64,000 bases of DNA from Candidatus Poribacteria bacterium (GTDB lineage: Bacteria; Poribacteria; WGA-4E; WGA-3G): NCBI GenBank assembly GCA_965205015.1, contig OZ242029.1, positions 2,176,001 to 2,240,000 of the forward strand, in the 5' to 3' direction. Both the position numbers and the translations under genes were made by a program. Positions 19,652-28,325 of this stretch are shown in pieces; within the stretch, counting starts at the first letter, position 1; each line of letters opens with the position of its first letter. The notes beneath the pieces are model-generated. The model made no database searches. It was not told where the DNA came from and saw only the letters and a program-made list of their open reading frames with translations.

Positions 19652-21011
19652 GTCACTTACCCCCATTTTTTTCTGAAGGTTTGTGGTGAAAGGTTTTTGT
19701 TGTAAAAAGTGTGAGAAAGTCAGTGGGTTTATGATAAAATACCTCCTTACGGCAACCGTTTGTAATCGAGTTTACAAAACATGTAAGGAGGTATTTTATG
19801 AAAAAGAGATACCCAAAACGGGTAAATCCAGAAACAATGATAGCACGTTTTGGAGAAATCTTCAAGTCTGTTGGTATGAAAAAACCGGTTTTTCGGAATC
19901 TGGTGTTGGTCTTGATAGCGATCAGTGTTGCCCCGACGTTTCGGATCAATGAAATTGCGTCGCGTTTGTCGCTCGTCGTCAAGCGGGAAAAGTCGAAACA
20001 GAAAAGGTTTCTGCGTTTCCTTGACACCCCGTTGCCTGTGGATGCGCTGAAACGTGCTTGGTTTGTGTCGGTTGTAGGTTGGTTTTCCAAGGATGCCAAC
20101 GCTCATCTGTATTTGCTCGTTGATGAGACGTCTCTGATTGCCGGGTGGAAAGCACTTGTTGTTTCGATCCCGTTTCGGCATCGTGCGATCCCTGTCTTTT
20201 GGTTCATCTATAGCGATCAACAGCTTCACGAGGGTATCTATAAGAGTCATAATGAAATCATCCAATACTTCTGTGTTCATGTTTATCAAGAGGCTTTAGG
20301 GGTCGTGTCGCGGCATCAACAACGACCTGTTCTGGTGTTTGACCGTGGTTTTGGGCGTGCGCGATACGTCATCAAGTTTCTCAAGGCACGGGATATTGCG
20401 TTCGTGATGCGTGTTGCGAGGCATGTCGGTATCAGGCATGATGGGAGTCTGAAGAAACTTGATGACCTTGAAGCGGGCTGGTATCCGTATATCCTTTATC
20501 AGTCGCAGGAGCAGATACCGCTTCAACTTTATATCCTCAGAGACGGTGCCTTTAAAGACCCGATGTATCTTATCTCAAATCGCCTCAGTGGACATCAGAT
20601 ACATCACTGTTACAAAAGACGCATGCAGATTGAACACGGGTTCCGAGATATAAAGTCGTGCTTCGGCTTTGGCAAACTCGTCTTGAAAAAACCGACACAA
20701 ACGCGTCTGGATGTTCTCTGGCTGTGTGCCTGCTTGGCTTATGGATTGGTGTTTATCAGTTATGAGAAGGTCGCCTCTACACACTGGCAGAAGGCACATA
20801 ATAGTAATAACAGAAAAACTTTTTCTGTTATTACTATTATCAAACGCGTGCTCACCGACTTATGGAACCAACATTTTCTCATCTCCTTTTTCACGCAGAT
20901 ACATTCCAGGGGCGATCCGCCTTGGGAAACCCTTGGAAACTGACTTTCTCGCATACAAACCTGATGGCATCAACTACAATCTACTCTCGAAAAAAAATGG
21001 GGGTAAGTGAC
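19652..21011 (+). mobile_element. Complete IS4-family insertion sequence (1360 bp)
   Basis: Terminal inverted repeats GTCACTTACCCCCATTTTTTT / AAAAAAATGGGGGTAAGTGAC; 10-bp direct repeat GGTCGTCTAA at 19642-19651 and 21012-21021. Confidence 0.92.
19798..20943 (+). CDS. IS4-family DDE transposase
   Basis: VDET, FDRGF, and Y(2)R(3)E(6)K motif YKRRMQIEHGFRDIK; AAGGAGG RBS. Confidence 0.9.
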   Translation: MKKRYPKRVNPETMIARFGEIFKSVGMKKPVFRNLVLVLIAISVAPTFRINEIASRLSLVVKREKSKQKRFLRFLDTPLPVDALKRAWFVSVVGWFSKDANAHLYLLVDETSLIAGWKALVVSIPFRHRAIPVFWFIYSDQQLHEGIYKSHNEIIQYFCVHVYQEALGVVSRHQQRPVLVFDRGFGRARYVIKFLKARDIAFVMRVARHVGIRHDGSLKKLDDLEAGWYPYILYQSQEQIPLQLYILRDGAFKDPMYLISNRLSGHQIHHCYKRRMQIEHGFRDIKSCFGFGKLVLKKPTQTRLDVLWLCACLAYGLVFISYEKVASTHWQKAHNSNNRKTFSVITIIKRVLTDLWNQHFLISFFTQIHSRGDPPWETLGN

Positions 21012-21027
21012 GGTCGTCTAAACATTT

Positions 21028-22374
21028 CAGGGGTATTCAGTTTTCGGTTTTTTCGTAATATTTTTCACATCTGTTAATATTATAAAATAAACAGATACAG
21101 CGTGACTTTTCCCGCTGTATCTGCTATACTTCACCGTAAAAAACCATCACATTTTTTGAGGTGAATCATGACAAGAAGTTCCTCTTGCCACTTACTTGAC
21201 ATATTAGCAGAAGTTCCGGATCCACGCCATAAAAAAGGGAAACGCTACAACTTGGGGTCTATCCTTGCGCTGCTCGTCATCGGTGTAATGTCGAATCATA
21301 AAGGGTATACGTCTATAGCGACTTGGGCACGGCATCAAGGGGCCCTGGCAAAAGCGTTAGGTTTCAAATCAGAGAAGACCCCGTGTGCTGGAACGCTTCA
21401 TAATCTTTTGAAGCGTCTTGACGTCGTGAGTCTCGAAGCCTTACTCACGAAATGGGTGTTTTCAAAACTTGAAAGTCTTCAAGTTTTGAAAACACAGGAT
21501 TTACAAGGGGTGGCGATAGATGGCAAAGAGTTATGTGGCTCCAAAGACCCAGAAACCCGATACCGCACACATTTACTCTCCGCTGTCTCTCATGAGTTAG
21601 GGATTACCCTTACACAGCGGGCTGTCAGTGGAAAAACAAATGAGATCCCCATCTCAACGCAACTTCTGAAAACCTTTGATGTCACCGGGAAAGTCATAAC
21701 AACAGATGCACTTTTGACCCAAAGAACCTTTTGTAAAGAGGTTCTCAAATATCACGCAAACTATGCAATGCCCGTCAAAGAGAATCACAAACAGATGTAT
21801 CACGACATTCGCGAACTCTTTGAACCGCTTTCGGAGACAGACACACCACACGTCCAAGCACGACGGTTTCAGAACCTACACACCGAGGCAGACGCACACC
21901 TTGATACCCACACAGACGTTGAAACATCACACGGGTTTATCACCACACGCACGCTAACAGCAAGCACACTCTTGACGGATTATATCAACTGGCCAGGACT
22001 CGCACAAGTGTATCAATACCAATCCAAGCGGGAGAATACCAAAACAGGCGAGACTACCTACCAGACGCAGTATGGCATCACGAGTCTTACACCACAAGAC
22101 GCATCCGCAGAAACTTTGCTCAAACTCCGACGCCAACACTGGACGATAGAAAACAAAGTCCATTGGGTGCGAGATGTCGTCCTCGGGGAGGACGCTTCAC
22201 AAGCAAGAACAGGGAGACTCCCACAAGTCATGGCTGCCCTACGCAACACTGCCCTGGCTCTCTTACGCTTTGACGGACACACAAAAATTGCGGAAACACT
22301 GCGATTTTTCGCTGCAAAACCTAAACTCGCAGTTAAACTCATACAGTGACAAAACTTAAAACTAAATACCCCTG
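21028..22374 (+). mobile_element. Complete ISAs1-family insertion sequence (1347 bp)
   Basis: Terminal inverted repeats CAGGGGTATTCAGTTTT / AAAACTAAATACCCCTG; 10-bp direct repeat CTAAACATTT at 21018-21027 and 22375-22384. Confidence 0.92.
21168..22349 (+). CDS. ISAs1-family transposase
   Basis: VPDPR..G.RY, AIDGK, KTNEIP, DALLTQ, VKENH, SHG, RQHWTIENKVHWVRDV..GED. Confidence 0.93.
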   Translation: MTRSSSCHLLDILAEVPDPRHKKGKRYNLGSILALLVIGVMSNHKGYTSIATWARHQGALAKALGFKSEKTPCAGTLHNLLKRLDVVSLEALLTKWVFSKLESLQVLKTQDLQGVAIDGKELCGSKDPETRYRTHLLSAVSHELGITLTQRAVSGKTNEIPISTQLLKTFDVTGKVITTDALLTQRTFCKEVLKYHANYAMPVKENHKQMYHDIRELFEPLSETDTPHVQARRFQNLHTEADAHLDTHTDVETSHGFITTRTLTASTLLTDYINWPGLAQVYQYQSKRENTKTGETTYQTQYGITSLTPQDASAETLLKLRRQHWTIENKVHWVRDVVLGEDASQARTGRLPQVMAALRNTALALLRFDGHTKIAETLRFFAAKPKLAVKLIQ

Positions 22375-22392
22375 CTAAACATTTAGGGTCAT

Positions 22393-24003
22393 TTAATTGT
22401 CTGAAACTGTGAATTTTAGAGATTTTTCATCGCTCTCTTTGTAACCGATTCGAATTGCTTTTGCTCTTATAACGGTTTCACCTTTCGGTAAACGCAAAGG
22501 TTCTGTATACAACTGCCATCGGACGTCTTCACCTTGTTCGGTTGTATACGCAATTGAGGCCCCTTGTGTTGAACAGTAGAGTTGCAGAAGCAGCGGTGCG
22601 TTCCATTCTCCATCTTCATGAGCAGGCTCCATGCCGGGGTTAGACGCGTTCATCGGAATGAAAAGTGGTGATGCCGTTTGTGGTTGTATGCCGTTAGGAT
22701 ACCACTTCGCCACCATTTGTTCTTCAGATATATTCCCCATATCCCCGAATTCCGATTGCCATGCTGTCAACGCTTCTTGCATCCGTTTAAGCACATTTGC
22801 ATGTGCTGCATTCTCTGCTAAGTTGTTGAGTTCATACTTGTCATTTTCCACATCGTAGAGTTCTTCAGTGGGGCACGGTGATTGGAACATCACCAATTGA
22901 TCTCCCTCTAATTTGCCTTCGGCATGAAGTCGCCACATCTCCTGCATCACGGGATGGCTATTGCGGTAAGGATCCCAGAGGAGATACGGCTTTTCGGGAT
23001 AATAATTTCGGATGTATTTATACTTTTTATCGCGCACAGCACGCAACATGTGATACGATAAATCAAGGCGGTCGCGCGTCGCAAAAATATATTCACGTTC
23101 TACTTTTTCTGGTCCAAGGAAGGGGTGTCCTTGTAGGTGCTGCGGGGCTTGAACACCACATAACGAAAGCACAGTGGGCCCGAGGTCAATCAAACTCACC
23201 AATTGATCACTTTCACTCCCTGGATTAAGTTCTTCGTGCCAACGCACAATCAACGGAATTCGAATCCCCGCATCATAGGGCCAACGTTTACCGCGAGGGA
23301 GTCCTTCACCGTGATCGCTCCAGAGAAAAACAATAGTATTCTCTGCGAGGCCATCTGCTTCCAGTTGATCTAACAACTCTCCGACACGTGCATCGGCAGT
23401 GGCGAGGTTATCGTACTGTCGAGCCAATGCCGCACGGGCTTTAGGTGTATCTGGTAAATAAGGCGGTAATTCCACGTCATCTGGATTCGTGGTCAGTGGT
23501 TGATCTTCCTTTTCCCACATGCCGCTTTCGTGTGTAACGATTGGGTTAAAAACGGAAAAGAAGGATTGCCCTGCCGCACGATTTCGCCAGTGCCCTTGAT
23601 TGCTATTGTCATCCCACGCTGTGATAGGGGGTGTAAACTGATAGTCTGTTTTGCTATTGTTGGTGCAATAATAGCCTGCTCCTCTCAGGTATTCGGTGAA
23701 GGTTTTCACATAAGGTGGAGGAACAACAGAATACGGGGTAGGTAAGTTAGGTGTACTTGGGTGTGTATGCGTTGTCCGATGGTGATGTGTTCCGATGGAA
23801 GTCTGATACATACCGGTGATAATAGCGGAACGACTTGGGGCACAGACGCCGGCTGTTGAAAAGGCATTTGGAAACCGACATCCGCCTGCAGCGAGGCGGT
23901 CAATATTTGGGGTGCGGGCGATTAAGTCGCCATAGCAACCGAAACGCGGCGTTGTATCCTCTAAAGATATCCAGAGGATATTCGGACGATCTGGGGTGCT
24001 CAT
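22393..24003 (-). CDS. Sulfatase (Cys-type) with C-terminal Fn3-associated domain; paralogue 2
   Basis: Colinear and highly similar to 17976-19586; start MSTPDRPNIL at 24003 with AAGGAAG RBS; CAPSR. Confidence 0.92.
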   Translation of the reverse strand: MSTPDRPNILWISLEDTTPRFGCYGDLIARTPNIDRLAAGGCRFPNAFSTAGVCAPSRSAIITGMYQTSIGTHHHRTTHTHPSTPNLPTPYSVVPPPYVKTFTEYLRGAGYYCTNNSKTDYQFTPPITAWDDNSNQGHWRNRAAGQSFFSVFNPIVTHESGMWEKEDQPLTTNPDDVELPPYLPDTPKARAALARQYDNLATADARVGELLDQLEADGLAENTIVFLWSDHGEGLPRGKRWPYDAGIRIPLIVRWHEELNPGSESDQLVSLIDLGPTVLSLCGVQAPQHLQGHPFLGPEKVEREYIFATRDRLDLSYHMLRAVRDKKYKYIRNYYPEKPYLLWDPYRNSHPVMQEMWRLHAEGKLEGDQLVMFQSPCPTEELYDVENDKYELNNLAENAAHANVLKRMQEALTAWQSEFGDMGNISEEQMVAKWYPNGIQPQTASPLFIPMNASNPGMEPAHEDGEWNAPLLLQLYCSTQGASIAYTTEQGEDVRWQLYTEPLRLPKGETVIRAKAIRIGYKESDEKSLKFTVSDN

Positions 24004-24034
24004 TATTGCTTCCTTTTGACAGTGATTTAATGTT

Positions 24035-24877
24035 TTAGTGCCAACACCCTTCTGTATACGCTTCACGATCAAATAACTTCTGGCGATGCGGGGTGGCACG
24101 TTCTATCCATTCCGCAGGGATTTCTTGCGTGTAACGGTGCGGTGGTCCCGCTTCCTTAAAGATGTCAATAGCGAAGATACGATAAAGCTGCGGAGAATCT
24201 ACAGGTTTCGCCTCCACCGCGTGGAAGATGCGGGCATCAATGTAGACCATGCTACCCGGTGGTAATTCAAGCCGTTTCTCTTCCAGCTTGCGTCCCGCTT
24301 CTCTGTCGAAATCACCCGCGAGCATCCGTTCAGGTGTTGCCGCTTTCGTCGGAGCGACCTTGTGGCTGCCCGCAATAACTTTGAGGTTCCGATCTCCGCG
24401 TGTAAAGCCGTTCGGATAGTACAGAATCTGTATATAGTAGTTATCGCGCTCGGCGAGGTTAACAGGGTTCTCATGTTTCCAGTGGTGATGGTCCTGATGG
24501 TATCCAAGTGGACCGATCCCACGGGGGGCGATGTTGAGTGCAGAATGGCAGAAATGGTACGCGTCGCCAATGGTGGCATGTATGAGTGCCGTAATGAAGG
24601 GATCATCAATGAGTCGATCGCTGTATTCACCGCGATCGTTCCATGGACGCGTAAAATAGGAGCGTGCCTGTTCCTCACCGTTACGCAACGCCTCGATAAA
24701 CTGGCGCGCCGGTTCAAAATGCTGCGTGATTTCCTCAATCAACCCTTCTCTACCGTCGTCCGTGAACACATCTGGATAAGCGATGTAGCCATTGTCATGA
24801 AAAGAATCGATATCCGCCTGCGACGGACCCGATAATCGGAAAAGCGAATCAAGTGCCGTAGTTGTTTCCATAGCCAT
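24035..24877 (-). CDS. PhyH-family dioxygenase
   Basis: F..NGY, YHQD, L.VIAGSH, FHAV. Confidence 0.8.
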   Translation of the reverse strand: MAMETTTALDSLFRLSGPSQADIDSFHDNGYIAYPDVFTDDGREGLIEEITQHFEPARQFIEALRNGEEQARSYFTRPWNDRGEYSDRLIDDPFITALIHATIGDAYHFCHSALNIAPRGIGPLGYHQDHHHWKHENPVNLAERDNYYIQILYYPNGFTRGDRNLKVIAGSHKVAPTKAATPERMLAGDFDREAGRKLEEKRLELPPGSMVYIDARIFHAVEAKPVDSPQLYRIFAIDIFKEAGPPHRYTQEIPAEWIERATPHRQKLFDREAYTEGCWH

Positions 24878-24919
24878 AACTCCTTACACAATTCGTAATT
24901 GCATTCCCTAAGTTTTGGT

Positions 24920-24948
24920 TTGACTTTTGGTTGATTTGACAGTATAAT
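24920..24948 (+). promoter_or_regulatory. Sigma70-type promoter for the toxin-antitoxin pair
   Basis: TTGACT-17 bp-TATAAT. Confidence 0.65.
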
Positions 24949-24995
24949 TCTACTATTCTTTAGGTTTCTGACGCTGTAAACCCTTAGTGTCTTAG

Positions 24996-25247
24996 GTGAG
25001 ATCAATAGGAGCAAAAAAAATCCAAAAACTTGACCGTATAACATTTAATCCAAATGTAATGGGAGGCAAGCCTTGTATCCGCGGCATGCGGGTCACTGTC
25101 GGAATGATCGTTGGTTTGGTTGCCTCTGGTTGTTCCAACGCCGAGATTTTGGATGCCTACCCCTATTTAGAAAAGGAAGACATTCGTCAATCCCTTTCCT
25201 ATGCCGCGTGGCGAGTTCAAGAGATTGAAGTGCCAATCGGCCCATAA
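24996..25247 (+). CDS. DUF433 antitoxin (VapB45-like)
   Basis: RITFNPNVMGGKPCIRGMRVTV..IV...A.G....EIL.AYP.L..EDI...L.YAA; start codon uncertain. Confidence 0.9.
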   Translation: MRSIGAKKIQKLDRITFNPNVMGGKPCIRGMRVTVGMIVGLVASGCSNAEILDAYPYLEKEDIRQSLSYAAWRVQEIEVPIGP

Positions 25248-25624
25248 TGAAAGTGCTAATTGATATGAATCTTTCTATGAAATGGGTTCCCGTTTTTGAA
25301 CAATACGGATGGAGTGCGGTTCATTGGAGGAATATAGGTGAGCCGCACGCGTCAGATAGCACCATTATGACTTGGGCGCGTGAGAACGGTTATGTTGTGT
25401 TCACCCAAGATCTTGATTTTGGCACATTACTTGCAACTACCTATGTTCAAAAACCCAGTGTGATTCAAGTTCGGATACAGAACGCCCTACCGGAAAACTT
25501 AGGACCTTGGTTAGCAGGAATTCTTCAGCAACACGAAGCCTTCTTAGAAAACGGTGCTTTGCTTACCATCACCGAGGATCGAACTCAAGTGCGTGTTCTC
25601 CCATTCAAAGCGGACAATTCATAG
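25247..25624 (+). CDS. DUF5615 PIN-like toxin (VapC45-like)
   Basis: MKVLIDMNLS, D..I..WA, VFTQDLDFG; TAATG overlap with the antitoxin. Confidence 0.9.
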   Translation: MKVLIDMNLSMKWVPVFEQYGWSAVHWRNIGEPHASDSTIMTWARENGYVVFTQDLDFGTLLATTYVQKPSVIQVRIQNALPENLGPWLAGILQQHEAFLENGALLTITEDRTQVRVLPFKADNS

Positions 25625-25629
25625 TCTCC

Positions 25630-27102
25630 TCACATCCGACTGTGTCCGTCACGTTGAAATCTCTCCAGCAACGCGGTTAACCCGTCCACGATCTCTGGGT
25701 ATTTGTTCCACAGATTGTTTGTCTCACTCGGATCCTCATAAATCTGATACAATTGCCCTGGCACATCCGATTTCGGACCCCCATCGCGCGGTGGAGGCCA
25801 CCCACCTGAACCCTGTGTCCCCAAGATCAACTTCCATGCATCGTGACGGATAGAAAAAACACCCGTGCTGGAGTGATGCACGATAGCCTCCCGCAACGGA
25901 CTCTCTATCACTTCACCTAACAGCGCAGGCAGGACATTACAACTATCCTGTCCGGCATCATCGGGGACCTCTGTTCCAACAATAGCCGCGCACGTCGCCA
26001 TCAGGTCCGTGAGACAGGTTAAGGCGTCGCTTTGCGTATTGGGTTCGATCACCCCAGGCCAGCGGGCAATCAGGGGTTCACGATGTCCACCTTCCCAGAT
26101 ATGTGCCTTATAGCCGCGCCAGTCGCCACACGACTTATGATCATAGAGGTGATACGGCATCGGACTGTTATCGCCTTGGATTCGGTCGCCAGGCAAGGCA
26201 CCGTTATCGCTCGTGACGAAGATAAGCGTCTCATCGGTTTTGCCAGTCCGCGCTAACGCATCCATCACCTCACCAACCATCCAGTCGACGAGCCATACCA
26301 GATCCCCCCGGGGACCTGCGCTGCTTTTACCACGTGCGAAATCAGGGACGACTGCCTCTGTACAAGGTTCATGCGGCGCGGAAGGCGTTAGATACAGGAA
26401 GAAAGGAGCATCTCCATCGGCTTGTCCCTCAATATATTCAACCGCCTTCTGCGCGATAATCGGATCGGCATCTTTGTGCTCCCACCCCGGGACCATCATT
26501 CCATGGCGGCTCGTAAACTCTGGCACGTCATGATAGACACTCGGAATCTCGACGAACCTATCATTCTCAATGAAACCGTAAGGGGGTTGACAGGTCGGAC
26601 AACCGGCGTTTCCATAGAAATAGTCAAAGCCGATATCTGTTGGACCCCCAGTCAATGGCGCGGTGAAGTCGATATGTTCTTCCAATTCACGTTCCGCGTT
26701 CTGCCACGGCAGCGGCGCATGGAAATCGAAATCGTAGCCTGGGACGGTCGAAAATTCAATACCTAAATGCCATTTACCGACGCATGCGGTGTTGTAACCC
26801 ACATCTTTCAGTAACCGAGGAACTGTTAGGCGTTCACGTTCGATGAGAGGTGGCTCATACCCGTAAAGCACACCATGTTTGAGGCGACTTCGCCAACAGT
26901 ACCGCCCCGTTAAGACCCCGTATCGTGTCGGCGTACAGACTGCAGAGGGAGAGTGCGCATCGGTGAAGCGGATTCCCTCCTGCGCAAGTTTATCCATATT
27001 CGGGGTGGGAATCTTTGAATCCGGGTTATAGCAGCCGACATCACCGTATCCCATATCGTCTGCCATGATAAAGACAATGTTTGGAGAACTGTGTATATCC
27101 AT
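25630..27102 (-). CDS. Arylsulfatase (Cys-type)
   Basis: PNIVFIMADDMGYGD, CTPTRYGVLTG, GKWHLG, SDNG, WEGGHR. Confidence 0.95.
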   Translation of the reverse strand: MDIHSSPNIVFIMADDMGYGDVGCYNPDSKIPTPNMDKLAQEGIRFTDAHSPSAVCTPTRYGVLTGRYCWRSRLKHGVLYGYEPPLIERERLTVPRLLKDVGYNTACVGKWHLGIEFSTVPGYDFDFHAPLPWQNAERELEEHIDFTAPLTGGPTDIGFDYFYGNAGCPTCQPPYGFIENDRFVEIPSVYHDVPEFTSRHGMMVPGWEHKDADPIIAQKAVEYIEGQADGDAPFFLYLTPSAPHEPCTEAVVPDFARGKSSAGPRGDLVWLVDWMVGEVMDALARTGKTDETLIFVTSDNGALPGDRIQGDNSPMPYHLYDHKSCGDWRGYKAHIWEGGHREPLIARWPGVIEPNTQSDALTCLTDLMATCAAIVGTEVPDDAGQDSCNVLPALLGEVIESPLREAIVHHSSTGVFSIRHDAWKLILGTQGSGGWPPPRDGGPKSDVPGQLYQIYEDPSETNNLWNKYPEIVDGLTALLERFQRDGHSRM

Positions 27103-27141
27103 TATAATTCCTGAAGAAAGTCTGGCGATTATAGATCGCGC

Positions 27142-28272
27142 CTATTGTAATTTCGCCTTTAATTCAGCGAGGTCTTTGTCAAGCGATGCCTCTTCAGCGT
27201 AGCTCGAAAATTCACGCTCTAATTTCGCATCCTGATATGCGACATCCACCTCAGCTGCCGTTTTCGCTAAAGTCGCTGCTTCGGTCGCATCCTGATCCAT
27301 CTTCGTAAGCGTTTCAAACGCCTTATTGTCCTGTATCTCTTTCAGCATTTCGCGAAGGTGTGCTTCTGCATTAACATTTCTGTGTTTCGCCACGACAGTT
27401 GTCTTTTTCCCCTCCGCTTCCATCGTTTTCTGCTGGAGATGCTCAAGGAGATCACTGAGGTCCCGAACGATCTGTTTCTGTTCTTCCCACCGTGTTTTAT
27501 ATTGATCCGCTAACCGTCGGTATTCGTTTCGTTTTTCCAAATCTTCGCGCGCCAAATCCTCGCGTCCGGCTTTAAGAGCAATGAGTGCCCGTTCCTGCCA
27601 CTGTTCTGCTTGGGCAACTGCACCTTCATAAGCCTCTTGAAACTGTTTTTCAACCCCAATAGAGGCAGCGACCTTCTCTTGTGCCTCCGAAAGCCGATTT
27701 TTCATCTCAACGATAACACGCTCTAATACGCGCTCTGGGTCTTCAGTTTCAATCTCAGTCTGTTCCGGTTCTGGTTCATATTTCACAACGACTGTCTCCG
27801 CGAACTTATCTCCGAGGCGTTGCTGTTTCTCCCCAAGGAACCAAAGTAGATCAAGGGGTTGAAGGATACCTGAGAATCGGCGAAGGAAAGCATCCTTGAA
27901 GGTACACGGCTTACCGTCTTTCAAACGAAGCACCTGTAGGGACAACAGTTTCTTCCCTATGCCTTGACCCTTCCTGAAACCATCTATGAAAAACAGACCG
28001 AATATCCACAAGGCAGCACTAAACAAAAAAGCAAAGACGCTGAGTCCCATGCCAGTTAATAGCGATCTGGATACATTGGAAGGGGCTGTAGGGAAATCGT
28101 CGGGGCCTGCAGGGAATATCGGGAAAAGCACGAATGTTGTTAGAAACGTTAGAAGAAGTACGAAACCTGATTGCACAGCACCTAAAAGCGCGATATCTAT
28201 AAAGAGTGCGTATAACCGTGTCATTCGGGATGCTAATTTAAATTTTTTTCCTGCAATTTTAATAGATTTCAT
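27142..28272 (-). CDS. RDD domain-PspA/IM30 fusion protein, copy 1
   Basis: RDD motifs R..A.FID, GQGIGKKLLSLQV, AFLRR, QRLGDKFAETVVV; then PspA EDPERVL, W..RA..AL..GREDLAREDL, ending LDKDLAELKAKL. Confidence 0.88.
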   Translation of the reverse strand: MKSIKIAGKKFKLASRMTRLYALFIDIALLGAVQSGFVLLLTFLTTFVLFPIFPAGPDDFPTAPSNVSRSLLTGMGLSVFAFLFSAALWIFGLFFIDGFRKGQGIGKKLLSLQVLRLKDGKPCTFKDAFLRRFSGILQPLDLLWFLGEKQQRLGDKFAETVVVKYEPEPEQTEIETEDPERVLERVIVEMKNRLSEAQEKVAASIGVEKQFQEAYEGAVAQAEQWQERALIALKAGREDLAREDLEKRNEYRRLADQYKTRWEEQKQIVRDLSDLLEHLQQKTMEAEGKKTTVVAKHRNVNAEAHLREMLKEIQDNKAFETLTKMDQDATEAATLAKTAAEVDVAYQDAKLEREFSSYAEEASLDKDLAELKAKLQ

Positions 28273-28325
28273 TTTCAAATCCTGAAAATTTTTTTGTGTT
28301 TACGTTACACACGTTCCGATAAATT

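Noticed and set aside
19652-22374. Composite transposon or nested IS
   Set aside because: The elements are from different families, each has its own target duplication, they are adjacent rather than nested, and they carry no cargo
24004-24099. N-terminal extension of sulfatase paralogue 2
   Set aside because: It overlaps the PhyH gene; paralogue alignment and RBS support 24003
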